Source: an uncultured Dehalococcoidia bacterium (GTDB taxonomy: Bacteria; Chloroflexota; Dehalococcoidia; SZUA-161). From it: a DNA stretch of 45,414 nt. Positions 1 to 7,781 of the stretch are shown piece after piece. The notes under the pieces were generated by a model. It was not told where the DNA came from, did not search any database, and saw only the letters and a list, made by a program, of their open reading frames with translations. Position 1 is the stretch's first letter. The number at the start of each line of letters is the position of its first letter. The position numbers and the translations under genes were made by a program. The stretch is from positions 1 through 45,414 of the forward strand of contig CAYGWR010000002.1 of assembly GCA_964353645.1 (NCBI GenBank), given 5' to 3'.

Positions 1-114
1 TTTGGCGCCTCAGCCCCAGGCAAAGTGATTTACGAGCAGTTAGGCCTCACTGCACGACGTGTAGCAGAGGCAGCATCAAAACTTCTATACGGGCAGCGTC
101 ATGAGACGCTTTGA
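1..114 (+). CDS. 3' end of a transketolase-like gene (last 37 codons; the rest lies upstream of the window)
   Basis: Frame +1 is open from base 1 to TGA 112-114. It reads FGASAPGKVIYEQLGLTARRVAEAASKLL, the conserved FGASAP...FG.T...V C-terminal tail of transketolases. Confidence 0.55.
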   Translation, partial: FGASAPGKVIYEQLGLTARRVAEAASKLLYGQRHETL

Positions 115-188
115 AGTACTGCCTATGGCAGGACCTGGAATAGTTTGGCTGCCAAGACAGAAAACAGGAATCCGATAACGTGAATCCA

Positions 189-216
189 CAACTTCAAATT
201 TTAGAAGTTGTTTATT
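189..216 (+). terminator. Candidate intrinsic terminator downstream of the transketolase-like gene
   Basis: CAACTTC-AAATTTTA-GAAGTTG (7-bp stem, 189-210) followed by TTTATT. Confidence 0.4.
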
Positions 217-219
217 AGT

Positions 220-330
220 CTCTTTTCAACCCCTGTACCCCCCAAGATTGGGGGAATTTTAAGACTGGGGGACACCCCCAGTCCCCCATCATCCGCCTGA
301 GGCAGACTGCGCCTCTTTTTCAGCAGTCTC
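220..330 (+). repeat. Family-A intergenic repeat, copy 1 (divergent right half)
   Basis: CTCTTTTCAACCCC...CCCCCAAGATTGGGGG...CTGGGGGACACCCCC aligns with the copies at 23633, 25127, 37561 and 43929. The third hairpin here is GAGGC-AGACTGC-GCCTC plus TTTTT instead of GAGGGGC-TTT-GCCCCTC. Confidence 0.8.
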
Positions 331-337
331 TATACAT

Positions 338-850
338 CTATTTCTCCTCTTGAAGGTACTCCTTAGCTAGGTCGATATACAGTTGTTTACCCCAATCCCA
401 GAACTTCCTATCTTTGTCTTCTACGTTTCTTACCACCTTGGCGGGGTTACCCCTGGCAACTATTCCCGGTGGAATTTTCTGTCCCATTTTCACAGTTGAA
501 CCTTCAGCAATAATAGCTCCTTCTCCAACTTCAGCAAAGATACTGAGCACTGAGCCCATGCCAATGACAGCCATATCACCAATGTAGCTAGAATGAATTA
601 TGGCTCCATGTCCAATAGTGACTTTATTGCCTACGCGGCATGTTTCCCCTGGGGGAGCGTGCATGATCACCCCCTCTTCAACAGCAGTGCCGCTGTCTAT
701 TTCTATACATCCATAGTCACCCCGCAATATGGCTCCGTGACCGATATAGCAATTGTCACCAATACGCACATCACCTATCAGTATCGCGTATTCGCTTACG
801 TAAGTGTCTTTGCCTATCTGTGGCTGCCTGTTTCTGAAACTACGCATCAT
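338..850 (-). CDS. Hexapeptide-repeat (left-handed beta-helix) protein, gamma-carbonic-anhydrase/PaaY/CaiE-like
   Basis: 170-aa ORF with imperfect hexapeptide repeats (IGDVRIGDNCYIGHGAILRGD, VTIGHGAIIHSSYIGDMAVIGMGSVL). GGAGAAGG lies upstream of the ATG. Confidence 0.85.
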   Translation of the reverse strand: MMRSFRNRQPQIGKDTYVSEYAILIGDVRIGDNCYIGHGAILRGDYGCIEIDSGTAVEEGVIMHAPPGETCRVGNKVTIGHGAIIHSSYIGDMAVIGMGSVLSIFAEVGEGAIIAEGSTVKMGQKIPPGIVARGNPAKVVRNVEDKDRKFWDWGKQLYIDLAKEYLQEEK

Positions 851-925
851 TTACCTTCTCCCATTGAGAAATAGTAGTAACGCACTCGTCATAAAAATTG
901 AAGTTGTCACCTTCTATATATCCCC

Positions 926-1375
926 TCAATGTGCCCGGTAGGCTCGCTTCCATGGCTGGTTCTTGAAAGCCAGGTAGTCTCTTATAGCTGCTCTTAATGT
1001 ATCTGATGCTAATAGAGCACAATGCTGGCTCTCCTCTGGCAAACCTCCTAAAGCATTCAGAACATCGTGTTGGGTAATCTTGAATGCATCAGATACGTTC
1101 TTACCTTTGGCCAGTTCAGTCACCATGCTTCCAGCGGCTATCGTTGTCGCACAGCCATCCGTAAAGAAAGTGGCGTTTAGAATCTTATCGTTTCTAACCC
1201 TTATGCATATCTCCATGGTATCGCTGCAAGAACCGACTACGCTGGCGAAACCATCGGCATCAGGGATCTGCCCCAGGTTTCTGGGGTTCTGAGCATGGTC
1301 AATAACAATCTCCGTGTATACTGTCCTCAAATCCCTGTTTGTTTTCTCGGGTTCCTTTTCCGCTTCTGAGTACAT
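926..1375 (-). CDS. IscU/NifU-N-type Fe-S cluster scaffold protein
   Basis: 149-aa ORF with the three scaffold Cys contexts (GSCSD, TDGCATT, SQHCALLASD) and the DHAQNPRN N-terminal motif. Confidence 0.85.
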   Translation of the reverse strand: MYSEAEKEPEKTNRDLRTVYTEIVIDHAQNPRNLGQIPDADGFASVVGSCSDTMEICIRVRNDKILNATFFTDGCATTIAAGSMVTELAKGKNVSDAFKITQHDVLNALGGLPEESQHCALLASDTLRAAIRDYLAFKNQPWKRAYRAH

Positions 1376-1476
1376 TCCAATTCCTCTGTTAATTCGGATT
1401 TATTGGATACAGGTTTGGGCAGCGCTTCAGCGCTCCGCTGTTCGCGAGCGATTTGTCAGACCACCATTAATGTTGT

Positions 1477-2070
1477 TTAAGGTTTCCAGACCTCCCACAC
1501 CCTTCCAACCAGCGCGGGACCTGGTTTGAGCGTGACCTGCCCAGGCTGCCAACCCGAAGGCGTGACTTCCCCTGTTGCCCGCACATGCTGGAATGCCTTT
1601 ACCTGCCTGACTAATTCATCGGGATTCCGCCCCACTTCAGGCGTTAGCACTTCCATCGCCCGGATGACGAAGTCAGGGTCAATAATAAAGCGACCGCGGA
1701 TGTCCACTCCAGCCGATTCGTCGTACACACCGTAGACCTTCCCGATTTTGCCCCCGGCATCTGAGAGCATGGGGAAGGGAACGCCGCCATTTACCATCTT
1801 GGACAATTCCTGCTCCTGCCAAATCTTGTGCACAAAACGGCTGTCTGTGCTCATTGCCAGAACTTCAACACCCAACGTCTTAAACTCCTCGTAGCGGGCA
1901 GCGACCGCTGCCAGTTCTGTGGGTCAGACAAAGGTAAAATCTCCCGGATAGAAGCAAAGGACAACCCATTTCCCCTTGTAGTCCGAGAGCTTGATAGGGA
2001 CGAAGCCCTTGCCGGCAACAAAAGCATTCGCCTCAAAATCCAGTGCTCCTTGTCCTACACGTGCGAACAT
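1477..2070 (-). CDS. prxU: Selenocysteine-containing peroxiredoxin (PrxU-like; in-frame UGA at 1924-1926 read as Sec)
   Basis: Track ORFs 1924..2175 and 1477..1875 share one frame and are joined through a single TGA. That TGA sits exactly at the peroxidatic Cys position: GDFTFV-[TGA]-PTELAAV. The best start is ATG 2068-2070 (AGGAGGTTAGAGAA-ATG, giving [14 protein letters not shown]). An alternative in-frame ATG at 2175 also has an AAGGAGG SD. The resolving Cys is absent (GEVTPSGW instead of EVCP..W). Confidence 0.85.
1897..1912 (-). promoter_or_regulatory. Candidate bacterial SECIS hairpin for the peroxiredoxin UGA
   Basis: mRNA 5'-GGCAGC-GGUC-GCUGCC-3' forms a perfect 6-bp stem starting 11 nt after the UGA. 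Its GGUC apical loop resembles the E. coli fdhF SECIS apex. Confidence 0.6.
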
Positions 2071-2298
2071 TTCTCTAACCTCCTGAGATGATGAAGCTCT
2101 TGCCGCTTGGGGGGCCGATTCGGGAACAATCGGACCGCGTGCCGGTTTGACACAACCTTCTTTGAGCTCTGCCATACTAACCTCCTTCTGTGATTCTTTT
2201 ACTTCCTTTTTCGCGCCGCCCTGGGATGATTCCTGACTAGGTCGTGCACAGAGGCATTATGAATTCTCGCATAGTAACGCTCAATGTTGCCCCTCTGT

Positions 2299-3303
2299 CT
2301 ATTCAGATTTGTTGGCCGCGGCTTGAAGAAAAGCATCTGCGAAGCTACGCATGGCCTCTGAGTCATAGCGTTCGATGTTACCCTCATCGCAGAGCTTCGC
2401 CATCTCAGGGTCTATGGGAATCTGTCCCAGAAGAGGAGCATTGGCTGACTTTGCCATCTCCTGACCCTTGCTCTTGCCGAAGAGCTCTATCCGCTTCCCG
2501 CTATCGGGCAGCAGGAAGTAGCTCATATTCTCAACCACCCCTATTATGGGTATATTCATCTTCTGCGCCATTTGCACTGCCTTTCTCACCACCATCGCCG
2601 CCAGCTCCTGAGGGCTGAATACAATGACTACCCCTGAGAGAGGCAGAGATTGCATAACGGTCAGTGGGGCATCTGCCGTTCCCGGTGGCAAATCGACCAG
2701 CAAATAATCGAGCTTCCCCCAGAGCACATCCTCCCAGAATTGAGTTATGGTTTTCCCTATGAGGGGCCCGCGCCAGATAACAGCGTCATCCTCATTGTCG
2801 AGAAGCAGGTTGATAGACATTATCCCTATGCCAAGATGGGACAGAGGAGGCAAAATTCCGGTTTCGCTGCCAGCAGGGCGTCCGCTGATGCCAAACATAC
2901 GGGGTATGCTGGGTCCTGTAATGTCGGCATCGAGAATGCCAACCTCGTAACCACCTCGCGCCAGTGAAATTCCGATAAGGCCGGTAACCAGCGACTTGCC
3001 CACCCCGCCCTTGCCGCTCATAATGGCAACTACGTGCTTGACCTCATTGAGTTCTTTCGGTTTGGAGTCAACGAAATCAATCTTCACCTGTTTTATTTTG
3101 GGAAGCCCTTTGACGACATCTCTTGCCTTGGCTTTTATCCACTCCTGTGAGGCTGGACTCAACGCCGCTGAGGCGATCGCGATGTCAACATTGCCATCCG
3201 AAAACGCTACATTCTTAACGAGGTTAAGCTTGTTCAGGCTGCGCATCGAGCCCGGCACTAACACAGCCTCAAGCCTTTCTTTTATCTGTTCTTCGGTAGT
3301 CAT
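2299..3303 (-). CDS. Mrp/NBP35/ApbC-family P-loop ATPase with N-terminal DUF59-like domain; lacks the canonical CxxC cluster-bridging motif
   Basis: Deviant Walker A is IMSGKGGVGKS. The family motif ENMSYF is followed by LLPDSGKR where ApbC/Mrp proteins have C-x-x-C. The protein is 334 aa. Confidence 0.85.
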   Translation of the reverse strand: MTTEEQIKERLEAVLVPGSMRSLNKLNLVKNVAFSDGNVDIAIASAALSPASQEWIKAKARDVVKGLPKIKQVKIDFVDSKPKELNEVKHVVAIMSGKGGVGKSLVTGLIGISLARGGYEVGILDADITGPSIPRMFGISGRPAGSETGILPPLSHLGIGIMSINLLLDNEDDAVIWRGPLIGKTITQFWEDVLWGKLDYLLVDLPPGTADAPLTVMQSLPLSGVVIVFSPQELAAMVVRKAVQMAQKMNIPIIGVVENMSYFLLPDSGKRIELFGKSKGQEMAKSANAPLLGQIPIDPEMAKLCDEGNIERYDSEAMRSFADAFLQAAANKSE

Positions 3304-3360
3304 AGTTTAGCCTCCTTAGTAATTGTGTCAGGTTAGTCTCTAACTGACACTTTTATTCGC

Positions 3361-3759
3361 TTAGTGCAGTCTATCCATCAGGTTGGGGAGCTTGCCCTTT
3401 AAATAGAGCTCCACAGCTTTATAGATATTATCCACATCAGTTACTATGGTTTCGATATTGTAGCTTTTCAAGCTCTCGTAAGCACCCCATCCCATGCCTC
3501 CTGCGAGCAACACCTGACAGTCGGATATAGTCTCAGCCATGTTGGCATGCTTGCTCTGCGAGTCGGCATCATAGCCGTGGCGCTCGCCTGGCGCCGTTTT
3601 GTGGGGCTCGTGAGCGGCGAAGGTATGATGTCCAGCCTTGGGTCTCTGTTCCTTGTTCGCGATTACCCCGTCCTCCACCGTGAGCACCACGTAATACGGG
3701 GCTCGTCCGAAGTGCTGGCTAATTTTGTAGCCATCTTCTGATACAGCAGCTATTCTCAT
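3361..3759 (-). CDS. NifX/NifB-C-terminal-like (dinitrogenase FeMo-cofactor-binding fold) domain protein
   Basis: MRIAAVSEDG..ISQHFGRAPYYVV...VLLAGGMGWGAYESLKSYNIE, the typical pattern of this domain family. Confidence 0.8.
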   Translation of the reverse strand: MRIAAVSEDGYKISQHFGRAPYYVVLTVEDGVIANKEQRPKAGHHTFAAHEPHKTAPGERHGYDADSQSKHANMAETISDCQVLLAGGMGWGAYESLKSYNIETIVTDVDNIYKAVELYLKGKLPNLMDRLH

Positions 3760-3776
3760 TTCAGCCCCCTATATAT

Positions 3777-4067
3777 TTAATCCAGCTTCATTTCGTATTT
3801 TGGTTCTCCATCCCCCAGATGGATTACAATCTTAACATTCTTGCCTTCAGAAAGGTACTTTTCAGATTCATCACGTAGCTTCTGCAGTTCAGGGGATGTA
3901 AGTAAGGTTATCAAAGCCTCATAAGTCTGTTCAGGCTCCTTGTTCCCTCCTTCGCATTTGAGTATTTCCCAGAGACAATTACGAGCTTCTTCCTCGGCAC
4001 AGCATTTGATACATCTCCCGGGCACTTCCTTGGTAGTGTATCCAAGCTTAAGCTCGATATCACTCAT
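3777..4067 (-). CDS. Small Cys-rich hypothetical protein (96 aa from MSDIELK)
   Basis: GGAGGGGTAAGAGAC-ATG SD. The start overlaps the upstream stop by 8 nt. Five Cys lie in CIKCCAEEEARNCLWEILKC. I recognise no family. Confidence 0.5.
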   Translation of the reverse strand: MSDIELKLGYTTKEVPGRCIKCCAEEEARNCLWEILKCEGGNKEPEQTYEALITLLTSPELQKLRDESEKYLSEGKNVKIVIHLGDGEPKYEMKLD

Positions 4068-4311
4068 GTCTCTTACCCCTCCGGCAGCCATCTTCTGAGG
4101 AGCACGGCGGTTTGTCGCAGCGCTCCTCCCTGCCGCAGCAAGTCGAGCCCTGTGCTCTGCCCTCGCCTCGTACTAAGTGAGATGCTGAAAAAAGCTTCTC
4201 AAGAGCACCACTGCCACAATAGGGACAAGCGGATGGTGTGTTGTCAACACCGCGTAGTAATACCTCTGTGATTTTGCCGCAATCACGACACTTGAATTCG
4301 TATATAGGCAT
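4060..4311 (-). CDS. FmdB-family zinc-ribbon protein (CxxC...CxxC)
   Basis: MPIYEFKCRDCGKITEVL...CPYCGSGALEKLFS is the signature of the family. GGAGAGGAG SD precedes ATG 4309-4311. Confidence 0.75.
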   Translation of the reverse strand: MPIYEFKCRDCGKITEVLLRGVDNTPSACPYCGSGALEKLFSASHLVRGEGRAQGSTCCGREERCDKPPCSSEDGCRRGKRHE

Positions 4312-4313
4312 AC

Positions 4314-5177
4314 CTACTCCTCTCCTAATGCTTGACGAATCTTTTGCCACATTATCTCAATCTGATGGGCAACACCGTTTTGGCGGTATTCAACTACGGG
4401 AGTACCCTGCACCAGGGCTTCGGTCACCACATTATCGAAAGGCAGTTTGGCTGCTACCTCTATCTTTTGCTCGCGACAGAACATCTCGATTCTTTGTGTA
4501 TTTTCTTCGTTCAGGTCATACTTGTTGATGCAGACCAGCGCGGGAACTCTGAAATGACGGCACACTCCGATTACCCGCTCCAGGTCGTGCATCCCCGATA
4601 GAGTGGGCTCGGTCACCAGGAGAGCCAGATTGGCTCCAGAAAGGGAAGAAATTACCGGACAGCCAATGCCCGGGGGGCCGTCGGTGATGATGTAATCGAG
4701 GCCTTCCTTCTGCACAATTGATCTGGCGTTCTGCCTGACTACGTTCACCAGCTTGCCTGAATTCTCCTTAGCAATCCCCAGCCTGGCGTGAACCAGCGGT
4801 CCATACTTAGTGTCTGAGATAAACCAGTGCCCTGCCATATTCTCCTTCATGGTTATGGCATTCTCAGGGCAGACACGGGCACAAAAGCCACAACCTTCGC
4901 AAGCGGTGGGGTCAATCTTCAGGTCATTTATCGCTTCAAATCGGCAGACTTCTTGGCACAGGCCACAACGTGTACAGAGTTTTTCATCGATGATGGCTGT
5001 CTGACCGCTTCTAAAGTCACGGGTTTCCTTCGCCTCTGGTTTCAGAAGCAGGTGCAGGTCAGCGGCATCCACATCGCAGTCACACAGCACCTTGTTTTTA
5101 GCCAGTGCTGCAAACGAGGCTACTATGGTAGTCTTGCCTGTCCCGCCCTTTCCGCTGAGAACTACAATTTCTTTCAT
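4314..5177 (-). CDS. MinD/ParA-superfamily P-loop ATPase with inserted 2x[4Fe-4S] ferredoxin domain (COG1149-type)
   Basis: VLSGKGGTGKT P-loop, plus CTRCGLCQEVC and CEGCGFCARVCP ferredoxin motifs. A 4-nt overlap (ATGA) joins it to the upstream paralog. Confidence 0.85.
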   Translation of the reverse strand: MKEIVVLSGKGGTGKTTIVASFAALAKNKVLCDCDVDAADLHLLLKPEAKETRDFRSGQTAIIDEKLCTRCGLCQEVCRFEAINDLKIDPTACEGCGFCARVCPENAITMKENMAGHWFISDTKYGPLVHARLGIAKENSGKLVNVVRQNARSIVQKEGLDYIITDGPPGIGCPVISSLSGANLALLVTEPTLSGMHDLERVIGVCRHFRVPALVCINKYDLNEENTQRIEMFCREQKIEVAAKLPFDNVVTEALVQGTPVVEYRQNGVAHQIEIMWQKIRQALGEE

Positions 5178-6031
5178 CTTCTTACCTGTCTTTGTTCAGC
5201 TACAATCCCCTCGATAGTGTGAAAGAGCTCAAGGAACCTACCGCGCCACTCAGGCATGCCTTGGACCAGCGTAATACCGTTCGAATACAAACGGGCTATC
5301 TCTCTGTCCAGCGGTATTTTGAGGAGCAGGGGTATATTTTCCTTAACACAGTACTCCTCTACCTTGCCGTATGTGCCACCCGCGCGGTTGAGCACTATAC
5401 CGCAGGGTATGCCCAATACCTTCACTGTATCAACAGCAAGAGACAGGTCGTGCAGCCCAAAAGGAGTGGGCTCGGTCACCAGCAAACAGAAGTCGCTGCC
5501 CCTTACCGCCTCCACAACCGGACACGATGTGCCGGGCGAAGCATCAATAATGGCTGTCTTCGTCTTGTTAATAAGCCGTTTCACCTCTCGAATGACTGGC
5601 GTAGCCATAGCCTCGCCTATGGTGAGCCTACCCTGGACAAAATCTATTTCACCTGCGTAGCCTGTTTCGACTACTCCTACCTCTCTCCCTTCCTCCGATA
5701 TCGCCTTTTGAGGGCAGAGATAGGCGCATGCCCCGCAGCCGTGGCATAGCTCGGGGAAGATAAGCACTATGTCCTTGACCACAGCGATGGACTTATAGGC
5801 GCAAACCCTGGCGCACTCGCCACAGTAGTTGCATTTCGTCTTGTCCACCTTGGGCACCGGGATGCATACAGGCTTGCTCTGAACAATCTTAGGCTGAAGA
5901 AGCACATGGACATTGGGCTCCTCGACATCGCAGTCCAGAATCTGCACCTGCTTTCCCAGTGAGAGGGCAAGGCTGGTAGCTACCAGGGTCTTCCCCGTGC
6001 CTCCCTTACCACTGGCGATGGATATAATCAT
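5174..6031 (-). CDS. MinD/ParA-superfamily P-loop ATPase with inserted 2x[4Fe-4S] ferredoxin domain (paralog)
   Basis: IASGKGGTGKT P-loop, plus CNYCGECARVC and CHGCGACAYLCP motifs. Confidence 0.85.
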   Translation of the reverse strand: MIISIASGKGGTGKTLVATSLALSLGKQVQILDCDVEEPNVHVLLQPKIVQSKPVCIPVPKVDKTKCNYCGECARVCAYKSIAVVKDIVLIFPELCHGCGACAYLCPQKAISEEGREVGVVETGYAGEIDFVQGRLTIGEAMATPVIREVKRLINKTKTAIIDASPGTSCPVVEAVRGSDFCLLVTEPTPFGLHDLSLAVDTVKVLGIPCGIVLNRAGGTYGKVEEYCVKENIPLLLKIPLDREIARLYSNGITLVQGMPEWRGRFLELFHTIEGIVAEQRQVRR

Positions 6032-6048
6032 ATCTTATGTGCCCTCAA

Positions 6049-6651
6049 TTAGACTTGAACAATCAGCACTCTCTGGACTTCGCTTTGGAATTCTTTAATA
6101 GCAAGTCCTTTATTCACAAAATAATCCTTCGCTTCATCTAAGCGATGCTCAAAATAATCGTGTTTTCGTCCTTCATGCGTATGGCACATATTGATAATCT
6201 CAAACCCTTTTTCGCTGAAATCACTTAAGGCAACCTTTCCATTAGGCCGCAACAAACGGACAATCTCATCTAAAACCGCAAATGGCTTTTCAAGGTGATG
6301 AAACACGTTAATAGAAAATATCATATCAAGGCTTTGGTCCGGAAAGTTCAAATGTTGCGCATTCTCTATTCTAAAAACCACCTGCTTTCCCAGCCCAAAA
6401 TATTGCATATTGAGCTTCGCAATTTCCTGCTCCTCTTTGGATATGTCTATACTGATAAAACTGAAACCGCGCTTTGCCAAAGCAAGCGCAAAATGCCCCT
6501 TACCGGTCCCAATCTCTAAGATTTTCCCTGAAAAAGGTAAAGATTTATCGAGGATAAAATCCCTTTCTTTTTCCAAATCGTAACCAAAGCTTCGGTAAAA
6601 ATTAACTCTTGCTAAATACCTTTCATGATTCTCAAAAACTACCTTCTCCAA
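6049..6651 (-). CDS. Class I SAM-dependent methyltransferase (compositional outlier)
   Basis: SAM motif I is ILEIGTGKGHFAL, and motif post-I is DIS. Hand counts give about 37-40% GC (6061-6180) versus about 62% in the adjacent 5941-6000. Confidence 0.85.
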   Translation of the reverse strand: MEKVVFENHERYLARVNFYRSFGYDLEKERDFILDKSLPFSGKILEIGTGKGHFALALAKRGFSFISIDISKEEQEIAKLNMQYFGLGKQVVFRIENAQHLNFPDQSLDMIFSINVFHHLEKPFAVLDEIVRLLRPNGKVALSDFSEKGFEIINMCHTHEGRKHDYFEHRLDEAKDYFVNKGLAIKEFQSEVQRVLIVQV

Positions 6652-6747
6652 GTCGCCTCCGTGCCTGCACCTAGCCGGGTTCCACCCCTCATACCGTGTC
6701 AGTCGCCACGGCCCATGCCGTCTTTACTTCTGGCTATCAACTTACAA

Positions 6748-6966
6748 TCATCCCCTTGCCATTTTGGTGCCGCATTTTGGGCAATTTATGTCAGAGCAGG
6801 GAGTTCCAACGCTGTGCGGCACCGTCGCCCCGCATTTAGGACAGACGCAGTTGCCGCCGCTCCCTGCTCCCGGGCGATTTCTGCCACGGCCTATACCCCG
6901 GCCTATACCTCGACCTGTTCCCCTTCCACCGCCACCGGGCGGTCCGGTTCTATCTCCACCAGGCAT
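6748..6966 (-). CDS. Gly/Arg-rich small protein with DUF5320-like N-terminus and C-terminal zinc ribbon
   Basis: MPGGDRTGPPGGGGRGTGRGIGRGIGRG...CVCPKCG...CPKCG. AAGGAGGTGCATT-ATG SD. A paralog lies at 8358..8588. Confidence 0.7.
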   Translation of the reverse strand: MPGGDRTGPPGGGGRGTGRGIGRGIGRGRNRPGAGSGGNCVCPKCGATVPHSVGTPCSDINCPKCGTKMARG

Positions 6967-6977
6967 AATGCACCTCC

Positions 6978-7358
6978 TTATTTTGTTCCGCCCATGCCGT
7001 GATGGGCTTTAACACTGGGTTGAGAAGCGGCCTTCAACCTTCCCGCTTTGAAATCCTTGGCAGCCTGCTCAACTTTTCCGGAGACGCCGGTTATTACCTG
7101 AATCCCGGCGGCCTCAAACACCTGATACGCGTTCGGGCCGCAGTTGCCGGTCAGCACTGCCTTGACGCCTTTACCCACTATTCCCTGAGCCGCTGATATA
7201 CCCGCGCCGCCTCCCGCCATCATGTTGGCGTTCTCGATAAACTCGAACTCCATGGTAGCCGGGTCGCCTACTGCGAAGTATTGACACCTGCCAAAGCGAG
7301 GGTCGACAGAGGCGCTAAAATCCTTTCCTTCCGAACTGATACAAATCTTCACGTTCAT
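6978..7358 (-). CDS. NifX/NifB-C-terminal-like domain protein
   Basis: DPRFGRCQYFAV...AGGGAGISAAQ...VLTGNCGPNAYQVFEAAGIQV. TAAGGAGGA-ATG SD. Confidence 0.85.
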   Translation of the reverse strand: MNVKICISSEGKDFSASVDPRFGRCQYFAVGDPATMEFEFIENANMMAGGGAGISAAQGIVGKGVKAVLTGNCGPNAYQVFEAAGIQVITGVSGKVEQAAKDFKAGRLKAASQPSVKAHHGMGGTK

Positions 7359-7364
7359 TCCTCC

Positions 7365-7742
7365 TTAATGACAACTTCCGCCGTCGCCATGCTCCTTACA
7401 AACATCCAACCCACCCAAGGTATTGTTCATAAAATCATCTAAAGCGGCCTGCACTTTGCCTGAATAACCAAATATCTGCACCCCTGCGCTGGCAAATTTC
7501 TGCTGGGCGCCCATTCCCATTCCACCGGCAATGACATGCGTTACCTTGTGTTTGAGAAGCTCATCAACCGCAATACACCCGCCGCCTCCATGAACTGCGG
7601 TATTAGGAACAATCCTGGTTTCGGTGATCTTTTTCTTGTCCTTGTCAATGTCCACAAGGAAGAAAAACGCGCACTGACCAAAATGTGCGCAAACATTACC
7701 CCGGATACCTTTTTCATCTTCTAGTACTACTCCAACTCTCAT
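7365..7742 (-). CDS. NifX/NifB-C-terminal-like domain protein
   Basis: HFGQCAFFFLVD...HGGGGCIAVDELL...VIAGGMGMGAQQKFASAGVQI. I prefer ATG 7742 (GAGG upstream, gives MRVGVVLED) over the track start at 7775, which has no SD. Confidence 0.8.
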   Translation of the reverse strand: MRVGVVLEDEKGIRGNVCAHFGQCAFFFLVDIDKDKKKITETRIVPNTAVHGGGGCIAVDELLKHKVTHVIAGGMGMGAQQKFASAGVQIFGYSGKVQAALDDFMNNTLGGLDVCKEHGDGGSCH

Positions 7743-7781
7743 CGGGACTAACCTCACTTTCTTTTTATAAATCATGCGTTG

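Noticed and set aside
220-330. Family-A repeats as G-quadruplex or i-motif elements, because of the multiple G5/C5 runs
   Set aside because: Each G-run has an adjacent complementary C-run that forms a simple hairpin. The runs are separated by long linkers, so duplex hairpins are the simpler explanation. This cannot be evaluated further without folding or biophysical data.
840-1022. 60-aa minus-strand ORF spanning the IscU / hexapeptide-protein junction
   Set aside because: It mostly overlaps the IscU C-terminus in another frame. It has no SD or motif.
1477-2175. Reading the two track ORFs (1924..2175 and 1477..1875) as two genes, or as a peroxiredoxin pseudogene killed by a nonsense mutation
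   Set aside because: The stop is TGA and falls exactly on the catalytic Cys codon. The frame is preserved and the downstream half is fully conserved. A SECIS-like hairpin follows at the canonical 11-nt distance. Selenocysteine recoding explains all of this better.
5192-5749. 185-aa plus-strand ORF, and similar long antisense ORFs at 8310..8885, 14637..15251, 22563..23201, 30462..31100, 34927..35532 and 35934..36473
   Set aside because: Each lies entirely opposite a CDS with strong family motifs (MinD-like, MBL, DtxR-FeoA, AOR, ChlI/D, SufB, rubredoxin/Crp). Their translations are low-complexity with no recognisable motifs, so they are shadow ORFs.
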